A DNA stretch of 63,706 nucleotides, filler included, from Bradymonadales bacterium (GTDB taxonomy: Bacteria; Bdellovibrionota; UBA2394), in the NCBI GenBank assembly GCA_007693605.1. It is 3 parts of 3 records of this genome, joined end to end, with 100 filler letters (N's around TTAATTAATTAA, not from the genome) between each part and the next. Parts side by side here need not be neighbours in the genome. Positions count along the whole stretch, not along the records: positions 1 to 23,508 come from REDG01000078.1; 2 more parts are not named here. One strand, 5' to 3'. Below are positions 1 through 8,896 of this stretch, piece by piece (position 1 is the stretch's first letter; every line of letters begins with the position of its first letter). Both the position numbers and the translations under genes were made by a program. Under the pieces are notes generated by a model. That model searched no databases and had not been told where the DNA came from. It worked only from the letters and a program-made list of their open reading frames with translations.

Positions 1-43
<43 letters not shown>

Positions 44-44
44 C

Positions 45-71
45 TGGCGCTAAGGGCCCATCTGCTTTGTC
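45..71 (+). repeat. partial copy of dispersed palindromic repeat family R2
   Basis: TGGCGCTAAGGGCCCATCTGCTTTGTC matches the reverse complement of 47170-47196 with one mismatch. Confidence 0.8.
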
Positions 72-538
72 TACCAGCGATGATAGGCTGGATGGCCTGG
101 GTTCACGGCTACAAAAAGACCTTCGCAGGTTGCGCAGATCTCTGAATTGACACTCAATTCGGCGGCAATCTTGGCTTTCTTCTGGTCAGACTCTAGAACC
201 CAAGCTTCTAAGTGAATGGGTTTCGCCCCTTCCGTTGGGGTGGGGCGCTTGAGTTTGATCGAATACTCTGCCGTCACCGTGCAGGGCGGGCTCTTCTCTT
301 GGCGGTTGTTCATGATTTGCCAGGCGGCCGTCCAGTTCGAGTGGCAGTCCAAAAGAGCCCCAATAATGCCTCCATTCAAAACATTCGGAAATGCCTCGTG
401 ATGCTTTTCTGGCGTCCAATCGGCGATGACGCGCTCACCCTCTACAAAGCTTCTGATTCGAAGGCCCATCTTGTTGGCTGGCCCACATCCAAAACAAATA
501 CTCTTCTTTGCATAATGCTCCTGCAGAGATTCTTTCAT
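71..538 (-). CDS. PaaI family (hotdog-fold) thioesterase
   Basis: CFGCGPAN...GL motif, LNGGIIGALLD motif, TAEYSIKLKRPTP. Confidence 0.88.
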   Translation of the reverse strand: MKESLQEHYAKKSICFGCGPANKMGLRIRSFVEGERVIADWTPEKHHEAFPNVLNGGIIGALLDCHSNWTAAWQIMNNRQEKSPPCTVTAEYSIKLKRPTPTEGAKPIHLEAWVLESDQKKAKIAAELSVNSEICATCEGLFVAVNPGHPAYHRW

Positions 539-746
539 GGCCCCGTCGTAGCGAGTTTTTGTTCAGTCCGCAATGGAGAAAGCCGAAGAGTCCGGCACGC
601 CTTGGTTCCTCTCTGTTCCTTGAGCTTTGTTTGACGCGAGTTCACTTTGGGTGCATTGGTCTGACCTTTGATTCATCGGGGGCTTGGTCCAAAATCAAAT
701 TCAAATCTTCATTGAAGCGGGCTAGTGGCTCCAGTAGGCTGAAGAA

Positions 747-1364
747 GTGTTTAGCTTAGCTTTTATGGATGACTTTCTTTCGGCTTTTGTCCCTCTTTTT
801 GTTGCGATCGATGCCATTGGGATTGTCGCCATTTATATGGGGCTCACTCAGGATCTGTCGATGGAGGGGAAGAAACGCCTCCTTCGAGAGGCGGTTCTGA
901 CAGCTCTTGGAATTTCCATCCTCTTTTTACTTTTTGGAAAGGCCATTTTTCAACTCTTGGGAATTACGAGCAATGACTTTCGCATTGCCGGTGGCGTGGT
1001 GCTTTTCACCTTCGCGATTGTCGACCTGCTCTTTTCTCGGCCAGAGAGAAAGCGAGCCCAAACAGAGTCGGTCGGAGTGGTGCCGATCGGTATCCCATTG
1101 ATTATGGGTCCAGCCGCACTGACAACAATTTTGATCAGTGTTGAAGCCGTGGGTTTGACGGTGACCTCCATCTCTCTGATCGTCAATCTTGCCATCGTTT
1201 ATCTGGTCTTTCGAAATGCCGATTGGATTGTGAAAGTCATGGGAGTGGCAGGCTCAAAGGCCGTGGCAAAGGTCATGTCTCTCTTTTTGGCAGCGATTGC
1301 GGTGATGATGATTCGAATGGGGGTCTTGGGAGTTTTGGAGGAGTGGACACATATTCTAGGTTAA
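747..1364 (+). CDS. MarC family integral membrane protein
   Basis: PLFVAIDAIG, FRIAGG and VVPIGIPLIMGPAALTT motifs, six hydrophobic segments; start either GTG 747 or ATG 765. Confidence 0.92.
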   Translation: MFSLAFMDDFLSAFVPLFVAIDAIGIVAIYMGLTQDLSMEGKKRLLREAVLTALGISILFLLFGKAIFQLLGITSNDFRIAGGVVLFTFAIVDLLFSRPERKRAQTESVGVVPIGIPLIMGPAALTTILISVEAVGLTVTSISLIVNLAIVYLVFRNADWIVKVMGVAGSKAVAKVMSLFLAAIAVMMIRMGVLGVLEEWTHILG

Positions 1365-1367
1365 GAG

Positions 1368-2648
1368 ATGCAAGAGATTTTAGTTAATTCTCAGCTTTCA
1401 AACTCACAGCAGTCCTCGACGGTTTTAATCAACCAGCGGGTGAAGGACCTAAGGCAAGAAGGTCGCGAGGTCTATCATTTCGGATTCGGGCAATCTCCCT
1501 TTGAGGTTCACCCCAGCATTCAAAAGGCCCTTTGCGACAACGCCCATCAAAAGTCTTATTTGCCAACCTTGGGCTTGCCGGAGCTGCGCCAGGCTATCGC
1601 AGCCTTCATGGCCAATCATTTTTCTTATCATTATTCGCCAGACCACATAGTCATTGGGCCGGGGAGCAAGCAGCTTTTGTATCAGGCCGCTTTGGCTATC
1701 GAGGGGCCTATCATTTTACCGGCGCCCACTTGGGTGAGTTATGTGCCTCAAGCCGAGATCACTGGGAAGCAAATTTTCATCTGTCAAACCAGTAAGGCGA
1801 ATCACTACAAAATCACTGCCGAGCAGTTAGAGAATGTATGTAGTGGCTTAGATCATCGACAAAAGATTCTGGTGATCAACAATCCCAACAATCCGTCAGG
1901 CACCGTTTATCATTCTCAGGAGTTGAAGGAGCTTGCAGAGGTTTGTCGTCAAAATCGAGTGATTGTACTTTCAGATGAGATCTATGCTTTTATCCAGTTT
2001 GACTCTGAGAGCGAAATCGGTGGCTTTGCGCGCTATTATCCTGAAGGCAGCATTGTCACTGGGGGTTTGAGCAAAGCCTTTAGCGCCGGAGGCTATCGAC
2101 TGGGATTTATTGCGGTGCCTGATCATATGAAAGACTTGGTCACCGCACTGGGCGTGATTAGCAGTCAGACCTACACCTCAGTGAGTGCCCCCATCCAGTA
2201 TGCGGCGGTTGAGGCCTATCAAAACCCCGATGTTGTAGAGTATGCAAAAGAATGTAGTCGGATTCATTCTCACACCACTCGATATCTTTTTGATCGAATG
2301 ATCGATTTGGGGGCCGACGGAGTTCGGCCTGAGGGGGCCTTCTATCTGTTTCCCGATTTTGATCGTTATCGACATCGTTTCAAGGAGTTGGGCTTGGGCA
2401 GTTCGCCAAGGCTTTGTCACTATCTCTTGGACAAGCATCGCGTAGCCGTTCTGCCCGCAAGTTCCTTCTACTATCCCTCAGAAGTCTTGGCCTTTCGAAT
2501 GTCGAGTGTCGACTTTTCAGGCGAAGAAGCTCTAAAAGCTTATCGAGCCGGTGAAACTCTCGACTTCAGCTTCATCGAAAACCACTGCCCCAATTTAAAA
2601 AAGGGCTGCGATGAGATTGCGGGATTTGTGCAAGAAAAACTGTCCTAA
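1368..2648 (+). CDS. PLP-dependent aminotransferase class I/II (aspartate aminotransferase-like)
   Basis: NNPNNPSG, SDEIY, GLSKAFSAGGYRLG (PLP lysine), PEGAFY. Confidence 0.92.
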   Translation: MQEILVNSQLSNSQQSSTVLINQRVKDLRQEGREVYHFGFGQSPFEVHPSIQKALCDNAHQKSYLPTLGLPELRQAIAAFMANHFSYHYSPDHIVIGPGSKQLLYQAALAIEGPIILPAPTWVSYVPQAEITGKQIFICQTSKANHYKITAEQLENVCSGLDHRQKILVINNPNNPSGTVYHSQELKELAEVCRQNRVIVLSDEIYAFIQFDSESEIGGFARYYPEGSIVTGGLSKAFSAGGYRLGFIAVPDHMKDLVTALGVISSQTYTSVSAPIQYAAVEAYQNPDVVEYAKECSRIHSHTTRYLFDRMIDLGADGVRPEGAFYLFPDFDRYRHRFKELGLGSSPRLCHYLLDKHRVAVLPASSFYYPSEVLAFRMSSVDFSGEEALKAYRAGETLDFSFIENHCPNLKKGCDEIAGFVQEKLS

Positions 2649-2650
2649 GG

Positions 2651-2677
2651 GGGAGTGGCGCTAAAGGCCCCTCTGCT
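2651..2677 (+). repeat. partial copy of repeat family R2 (terminal arm)
   Basis: GGGAGTGGCGCTAAAGGCCCCTCTGCT directly after the aminotransferase stop. Confidence 0.8.
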
Positions 2678-2722
2678 CCTTCGTTTCTGGTTTTCGTGTC
2701 ATATCAGTCCTTTGATCTCAGA

Positions 2723-2889
2723 TTTTAGCATGAGTTTCGAAAGCATCCGCTGGGGACCGCCTAGAATTCCAAACAACTTCGTTGGGCATCCAGGGCCCGC
2801 TCCTCCTCGCGCCAACGAGCCTTTACTTCGTCTTCCGATCCAAACGCTCGGAGAGCCCCATCGGCTGTCTCTCAAAACTCATGCTAAAA
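2723..2889 (-). repeat. rod-shaped palindromic element R1, copy A (candidate structured RNA)
   Basis: 15-bp perfect inverted repeat TTTTAGCATGAGTTT (2723-2737) / AAACTCATGCTAAAA (2875-2889) enclosing a ~125-nt core closely similar to the reverse complement of 23773-23895. Confidence 0.8.
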
Positions 2890-2937
2890 GCATGGTCACT
2901 GCTGCAACTAACAACGCTCCTTGGCCGCGTTGCAGTA

Positions 2938-3771
2938 TCACTGGGCTTCGCTTGCGAGTAGCTTCGGTAGAGTTTTTGAAGACAAAGACTTCAAAAACGA
3001 GTCGTGCAACCGAGCGTTAGAACACAGAATGCTTCGCTCGTAGATCGTGGACTTTCCTGAGAGACCAGAAAACTTGCCCCCGGCCTCTTCGACGCAGATC
3101 TTCACTGCCGACACATCATAAGGATTTACCCGAAAGTCGACGAGCGCGTCGGCGATGCCTCGAATCACAAGAGAGTGACCAAAGGCGTCCCCAATGCCCC
3201 GATTGTCTCGGCAAAGGTTAGAAGTTTTTAAAAGCGCTCGCTCTTCCTCCGCTTCTAAGCCCCGAAGACTTGAGTGAAGAAACAGGGCTTTCGAAAAATC
3301 AGAAGCCTTTGAGACCTTCAGCTTCTTCTTTTCGTTCATTCGGGTACCACCAGATTTGAAGGCGTCAATGCTCAAGCCGATCGCCGGAAAGTGCAAGACT
3401 CCCAGAATCACCTCGCCCCTAAACTCCAGCCCAAGAACGCTTCCCCAGAAAGGTAAGCCGCGAATAAATTGAAGAGTTCCGTCAATGGGGTCGATCCACC
3501 AACGAAATTCTGAAGACTTTTTTGAGCTCCCGAACTCTTCTCCGATGACTTCGTGAGCTTTCAGGCTTTTCTCAAGACCTGTCCGAATGATGTCTTCTGC
3601 CTCCCGATCGGCCCGAGTGACCGGGCTATCATCTGACTTAGACTCCACACTGAGCTTTGACTCGAAAAGCTTCAGAGAATTTTTTCCAGCCTTATAGGAG
3701 AGTCGAAGGGCTAGTGTTAAGAGTTCTTGGAGTTCTTTTTTCTTTGGAAAGTCCGTTTGATTTTTGCCCAT
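2938..3771 (-). CDS. inositol monophosphatase family protein (histidinol-phosphatase HisN-like)
   Basis: KSDDSPVTRAD, GEEFG, WWIDPIDGT, NPYDVSA motifs. Confidence 0.88.
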   Translation of the reverse strand: MGKNQTDFPKKKELQELLTLALRLSYKAGKNSLKLFESKLSVESKSDDSPVTRADREAEDIIRTGLEKSLKAHEVIGEEFGSSKKSSEFRWWIDPIDGTLQFIRGLPFWGSVLGLEFRGEVILGVLHFPAIGLSIDAFKSGGTRMNEKKKLKVSKASDFSKALFLHSSLRGLEAEEERALLKTSNLCRDNRGIGDAFGHSLVIRGIADALVDFRVNPYDVSAVKICVEEAGGKFSGLSGKSTIYERSILCSNARLHDSFLKSLSSKTLPKLLASEAQ

Positions 3772-3774
3772 CTC

Positions 3775-4749
3775 TCACCAGTTCAGAAGATAGGCAAAAA
3801 TAAGAGGGGCCACAATGGTGGCATCCGACTCAATCATATACTTCTCTGATTTTTTTCCAAGTTTCCCCCAAGTAATCTTTTCATTCGGGACGGCCCCAGA
3901 ATAAGAACCGTAACTGGTGGTCGAGTCACTGATTTGGCAAAAATAAGCCCAAAGAGGAACATCGGTTTTCATATCGAACTGAATCATCGGAACGACGCAA
4001 ATCGGAAAGTCCCCCGCAATACCCCCACCAATCTGAAAGAAACCAATTGGTCGTTCAGCCGACTCTTTCTGATACCACCTGGCAAGCTCCATCATATAGT
4101 CAATGCCGGTCTTCATGCATTGGGTGCCTTTCAAGTTCCCCTTCAGAATGTGCGCCGCAAAGTTGTTGCCGAGAGTCGAATCCTCCCAGCCCGGAACAAA
4201 AAGAGGCAGCTTCTTTTCAGCGGCGGCGACCAGCCAACTGTCTTTAGGATCGATTTGATATTCTGACTTTAAAATGCCTCGTTCGATCAACTCATAGAAG
4301 TATTCGTGAGGCAGCTTGCTTACTCCCTTCGCCTCGGCTTCTTTCCAAAGTTTAAGAAGGTGCGATTCCGTCTTTCTCATGGCTTCTTCTTCGGGAATGC
4401 AAGTGTCCGTGACTCGGGCGAGATGTTTCTGAACCAACTTATCCTCATCTTCAGGGGTCAGATCTCGATAATTCGGAACCCGTACATAACTTTCATGAGC
4501 CACCAAATTGAACATATCCTCTTCGAGGTTGGCCCCCGTGCAGCTAATGGCGTGTACTTTGTCTTGTCGAATCATTTCGGCCAAAGAAAGCCCAAGCTCT
4601 CCGGTGCTCATGGCACCGGCCAGGGTGACCATCATTCGTCCGTTTCGATCTTCCACCAAACGCCGATAAGCCTCTGCTGCGTCCACCAAAGTGGCCGCAT
4701 TGAAGTGTCGGAAGTTTCGTTTCAAAAACTCTTTAACGGGGGCAGCCAT
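3775..4749 (-). CDS. deoxyhypusine synthase family protein (bacterial DHS-like, SpeY-type homospermidine biosynthesis candidate)
   Basis: AGAMST, TGANLEED, IGGG, GSYSGAVPNEKITWGK (conserved active-site Lys), ESDATIVAPL. Confidence 0.92.
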   Translation of the reverse strand: MAAPVKEFLKRNFRHFNAATLVDAAEAYRRLVEDRNGRMMVTLAGAMSTGELGLSLAEMIRQDKVHAISCTGANLEEDMFNLVAHESYVRVPNYRDLTPEDEDKLVQKHLARVTDTCIPEEEAMRKTESHLLKLWKEAEAKGVSKLPHEYFYELIERGILKSEYQIDPKDSWLVAAAEKKLPLFVPGWEDSTLGNNFAAHILKGNLKGTQCMKTGIDYMMELARWYQKESAERPIGFFQIGGGIAGDFPICVVPMIQFDMKTDVPLWAYFCQISDSTTSYGSYSGAVPNEKITWGKLGKKSEKYMIESDATIVAPLIFAYLLNW

Positions 4750-4878
4750 GCCTCATAGCTATAAGAAATCGAGGGGGATAGAACAAGGAAAAAGCGAGAA
4801 ACTTCAGGCCCAGGGCGGGGGCGCGGGCCGCCCATCCTCTCTTTGAGTCGTGTTGGTGAAGAGGCCAACAAGGGTGAC

Positions 4879-4898
4879 GGGCCTTTAGCGGCATTCCC
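4879..4898 (-). repeat. degenerate R2 terminal arm
   Basis: GGGCCTTTAGCGGCATTCCC versus GGGCCTTTAGCGCCACTCCC at 47181-47200 (2 mismatches). Confidence 0.6.
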
Positions 4899-4926
4899 TC
4901 CTCAGGACTTTGACGACAACTTCTCT

Positions 4927-5703
4927 CTAGCTTCGCTTTTTGGCCGTGGGTCGATGGCGCTTTTTGCTGCGAGACTTTCTTTTGCGTCGCTGAACGAGCG
5001 AGACCAAATCAGCATAACTTCTGCCGATAATCTCAACGGCCTCTTCAGGGTCATCTGTTAGGTGAATCAGCTCGAGATGCTTCTTGAGCAAAGCCCCCTC
5101 TTTAATGGCAGTTTCTTTCATCCAGTCGACAAGGCCCTTCCAGTAGTCCACCCCCATCATCACAATGGGAAACTTGGTCATCTTATTGGTTTGAATCAAA
5201 GTCAAAGCCTCAAAGAGTTCGTCGAGAGTTCCAAAGCCTCCGGGCATAATGATAAAGGCTCTGGCGTAGCGAGCAAACATGACCTTTCGAACAAAGAAGT
5301 AACGAAAGTGCACTTCTAAATTCACGAAGGGGTTCGCCTTGGGCTCGAAGGGGAGCTGAATCGTTAGCCCCACATTGACGGGAGGGCGTTCCGAAGGGAA
5401 ATGCTTCTTATAATCTTGAATTCCTCGAAAGGCCCCTTTGTTGGCGGCCTCCATCAGGCCGGGCCCGCCACCAGAAATCAAACTGAAGCCCGCCGAGGTG
5501 ATGGTTTCCGAAACATCCTCCGTCAATTGAAAATACGGGCTTTTACTCGTGAGTCTCGCACTCCCAAAAATCGAGACCGCCGGATCGACCCTCCGCATCA
5601 ACTCAAAGCCGTTCGTAAACTCGGCCATGATCTTGAAGATCAACCAAGTGTCTCGGGTCGTTCTTTCGTAAGGGTTCTGAAATTCGCTTAGATCGCTCGT
5701 CAC
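4927..5703 (-). CDS. LOG family (TIGR00730) Rossmann-fold nucleotide phosphoribohydrolase
   Basis: FGSAR, SGGGPGLMEAANKGA, YFFVRKVMF, PGGFGTLDELFE; basic C-terminal tail. Confidence 0.92.
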   Translation of the reverse strand: MTSDLSEFQNPYERTTRDTWLIFKIMAEFTNGFELMRRVDPAVSIFGSARLTSKSPYFQLTEDVSETITSAGFSLISGGGPGLMEAANKGAFRGIQDYKKHFPSERPPVNVGLTIQLPFEPKANPFVNLEVHFRYFFVRKVMFARYARAFIIMPGGFGTLDELFEALTLIQTNKMTKFPIVMMGVDYWKGLVDWMKETAIKEGALLKKHLELIHLTDDPEEAVEIIGRSYADLVSLVQRRKRKSRSKKRHRPTAKKRS

Positions 5704-5822
5704 CCACGGATTCTAACGCTTAGGCTTCTTGATGCTCAATGACTTTATGGTTAGTCTTGAGGTTCCCATTGGGAGAGCGTCGCCAAACTCCCCATGGGGG
5801 AGTTGAGAAGGAGTCCATACAG

Positions 5823-8096
5823 ATGAGTCAAAAAGCAATTTCGCCCGACAGTCATCCGGAGTTTGTAGAATCGGTTTACCAACAGATGAAGCGAAAGCTG
5901 GAGAAGGCCAGGAAGAGGCTTGGGCGACCCCTCAGCCTGTCAGAGAAAATTCTCTTTGGTCACCTAGAGTCTGTAGAGACTCAAACTCTGGCGAGAGGCG
6001 AAGCCACTTTAAGTCTTTTGCCCGACCGGGTGGCCATGCAAGATGCAACGGCTCAGATGGCCATGTTGCAGTTTATGCAGTCAGGCAAAGATCGAGTTCA
6101 GGTGCCTTCCACTATTCATTGTGACCATTTGATTCAAGCTTATCAGGGTTCTAAACAGGATACGGAAGCAGCTCTAATCACCCATCGAGAAGTCTATGAT
6201 TTCTTGGCCTCGGCCTCTAAGAAGTACGGGATTGGATTTTGGGGTCCGGGCGCAGGAATCATTCACCAAGTGGTTCTTGAGAAATACGCTTTCCCCGGGG
6301 GTTTGTTGATTGGAACAGATTCTCACACCCCGAACGCGGGCGGTTTGGGAATGTTGGCGATCGGGGTTGGCGGGGCCGATGCCGCCGAAAGAATGGCCGG
6401 ACTGCCCTGGGAGGTTCTCGATCCGAAGTTGATCGGTGTTCATCTGAAGGGTTCTCTGAAGTCCTGGTCCGCGCCAAAAGATATCATCTTGAAAGTTTGC
6501 GAACTTTTGACGGTCAAGGGCGGAACGAATGCGATCGTCGAGTACTTCGGCCCAGGCACAGAGTCCATTTCTTGTACGGGCAAGGGGACGATCTGCAATA
6601 TGGGGGCGGAGCACGGAGCGACCACTTCAGTTTTTCCTTATGATGAAAGTATGGCTCGATACCTGAGGGCCACCGAGAGAGAGGCCATTGCTGGGCTGGC
6701 CGAGAAGTATCGAGAGCTGCTGCAGGCCGATCCTGAGGTGATTCAAAAGCCTGAAGATTATTTTGACCGAATCTTGGAAATCGACCTCGATCAATTGGAG
6801 CCTCATATTGTGGGGCCGCACACTCCTGATCTGGCGAGGTCAGTCTCAAAAATGAAAGAGGCGGTGAAGAAAGAGTCTTATCCAGACGAACTGGCTGCCG
6901 CCTTGATTGGAAGCTGCACGAACTCCTCATACGAAGATATTGAACGAACCGTCGACATTGCCAATCAGGCTTTAGCGAAAGGTCTAAAGGCGCCGACCAC
7001 TCTTTATGTGACGCCAGGCTCAGAGCAAGTCTACGAAACGATGAAGCGAGATGGCTTTGTTGAAGTTCTTGAGAAGGTTGGAGCGGTAGTTTTGGCGAAT
7101 GCCTGCGGGCCCTGCATCGGTCAGTGGAAAAGAGACAATATCAAGCCAGGACAACGGAACTCCATTTTGACTTCTTATAATCGGAATTTTCCTCGTCGCA
7201 ATGATGGCAACCCTGAGACCTTAGCGTTCATTGCCAGCCCAGAAGTGGTGATGGCGATTGGCTTGGCCGGAAAACTCAGCTTCAATCCGTTGACCGATTC
7301 CATTGAGAGAGATTCAGTCTCTTTGAAATTCAAGGAACCAAAAAAAGCCTCGGACATTCCGCCCAAAGGTTTTGTGATGTCGTGGAAGGGCTATGAAGCG
7401 CCGGCGGCAGAGGCGTCAAAAGTGGATGTTATCGTTCGACCGGATAGCGAGCGATTGGCTTTGTTAGAAGCCTTCGAGGCTTGGGACGGCAAAGACTTCC
7501 TTGAACTTCCGATCTTATTGAAGGCCAAGGGCAAGTGCACCACCGATCATATTTCTCCGGCGGGGCCTTGGCTTCGTTTCAGAGGCCACCTTGATCGCAT
7601 CAGTGACAATATGTTCATTGGCGCGGTGAACGCATTCACAGGCGAAGCGGGTAAGGGAAAGAATATCATTTCAGGAGAGACCGGCATCGACTTCAATCAG
7701 GTTGCAAGAGACTATAAAAAGCGAGGCTTACGTTGGGTCGTGGTTGGAGATGAGAACTATGGGGAAGGTAGCTCTCGAGAGCATGCGGCGATGGAGCCCC
7801 GATTTCTGAATGCCGCAGCGGTCATCGCCAAGAGCTTTGCTCGAATTCACGAGACAAACCTGAAGAAGCAGGGCTTGCTGCCTCTGCATTTTGTAAATTC
7901 CGAGGACTACAATTTGATCGATGAAGAGGATCGGCTGAGTATTCTGGGCCTGAAGGACCTCGCTCCAAAGTCGACAGTGAAGGCTCAAGTGAAGAAACCT
8001 GACGGCCATATTGTCGACATCGATCTTCGGCACTCGATGACCGGGCGGCAGATTGAATGGTTTCGAGCCGGATCAGCCTTGAATGCCGCTCGTTAA
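5823..8096 (+). CDS. acnA: aconitate hydratase (mitochondrial-type bacterial aconitase)
   Basis: DRVAMQDATAQMA, HCDH, GTDSHTPN, IGSCTNSSYED, NACGPCIG, NYGEGSSREHAA; ATG 5823 follows AAGGAG. Confidence 0.93.
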   Translation: MSQKAISPDSHPEFVESVYQQMKRKLEKARKRLGRPLSLSEKILFGHLESVETQTLARGEATLSLLPDRVAMQDATAQMAMLQFMQSGKDRVQVPSTIHCDHLIQAYQGSKQDTEAALITHREVYDFLASASKKYGIGFWGPGAGIIHQVVLEKYAFPGGLLIGTDSHTPNAGGLGMLAIGVGGADAAERMAGLPWEVLDPKLIGVHLKGSLKSWSAPKDIILKVCELLTVKGGTNAIVEYFGPGTESISCTGKGTICNMGAEHGATTSVFPYDESMARYLRATEREAIAGLAEKYRELLQADPEVIQKPEDYFDRILEIDLDQLEPHIVGPHTPDLARSVSKMKEAVKKESYPDELAAALIGSCTNSSYEDIERTVDIANQALAKGLKAPTTLYVTPGSEQVYETMKRDGFVEVLEKVGAVVLANACGPCIGQWKRDNIKPGQRNSILTSYNRNFPRRNDGNPETLAFIASPEVVMAIGLAGKLSFNPLTDSIERDSVSLKFKEPKKASDIPPKGFVMSWKGYEAPAAEASKVDVIVRPDSERLALLEAFEAWDGKDFLELPILLKAKGKCTTDHISPAGPWLRFRGHLDRISDNMFIGAVNAFTGEAGKGKNIISGETGIDFNQVARDYKKRGLRWVVVGDENYGEGSSREHAAMEPRFLNAAAVIAKSFARIHETNLKKQGLLPLHFVNSEDYNLIDEEDRLSILGLKDLAPKSTVKAQVKKPDGHIVDIDLRHSMTGRQIEWFRAGSALNAAR

Positions 8097-8187
8097 ACGG
8101 AGCCTAGCCATTAAATTTTGAGACTCTCAAGTTTTCCTTGCCCTGCGTTAACCGTCTGCGCAAGAATTGTGCTGGGGGGAAATCAAT

Positions 8188-8877
8188 ATGAGGGGATATT
8201 TGTGGCTTTTCGGAGCCGCCGTTCTTGTTCTCTGCAGTTCTAGCGTAGAGGCCGTTTCAGATCACAAACAACAGCTGCTTAAGGCTCAGGTTTTTTCAGA
8301 GCGATTTGGGAATGCCTTGGTCTTTCAACGAGCGATTCGCCTAGAGGAGGTCGACCTACAAGACTTGATACACTCTGGTCCGTCCGCTCTTGCCAAGTTG
8401 CTGCCGGGTGTTCGATTGGTTCAGCCTTTCAAGCTCTCAGATGGTCGAAGAATGCTTTATCTGAAAGTTCAAGGCTTGGCACAAGCTGAGGGTCTGGTTT
8501 TGCAGGTCCGAGAGGGTTGGGAGCAAGCTTTTGCCGAGGCCCCCGTTTGGGAAGTCTCATTGCCTGAAATGAAGGCCTACCCAAGCCAGTTGGCAAAATC
8601 ACCATTTGTACAAGCCTTGGGTGCTAACTCGGGGGTCTTGAGTCTTCAAGGGCCCTTGAATGAGACCATGGATCTTGCAGGACTTCAGTTTTTGCTTGAA
8701 GTCAGCACTCAAAATCTAGAAGGCGGACATTCGGTTCTATCGAGTCAGCTTTCTTTGTATCCGGTCCGTCCTCCTGAGACATTAGGAGATTACCTCGGCA
8801 TGAGTGAGCGGCGCTTGAGTCTCGCTGAACTCGGAGGTCGACGAGTCATGGAAGCCTTTGTCAGTCGTTTGAAGTGA
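8188..8877 (+). CDS. hypothetical exported protein, first gene of the S8 peptidase operon
   Basis: N-terminal signal-peptide-like segment (MRGYLWLFGAAVLVLCSSSVEA); GGGGGA upstream; no family recognised. Confidence 0.7.
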   Translation: MRGYLWLFGAAVLVLCSSSVEAVSDHKQQLLKAQVFSERFGNALVFQRAIRLEEVDLQDLIHSGPSALAKLLPGVRLVQPFKLSDGRRMLYLKVQGLAQAEGLVLQVREGWEQAFAEAPVWEVSLPEMKAYPSQLAKSPFVQALGANSGVLSLQGPLNETMDLAGLQFLLEVSTQNLEGGHSVLSSQLSLYPVRPPETLGDYLGMSERRLSLAELGGRRVMEAFVSRLK

Positions 8878-8896
8878 AAATTTCAGGGGGAGGGGA

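Noticed and set aside
2655..3020. 121-aa ORF starting MALKA
   Set aside because: Starts inside an R2 arm, runs through R1 and overlaps the IMPase gene; repeat-derived
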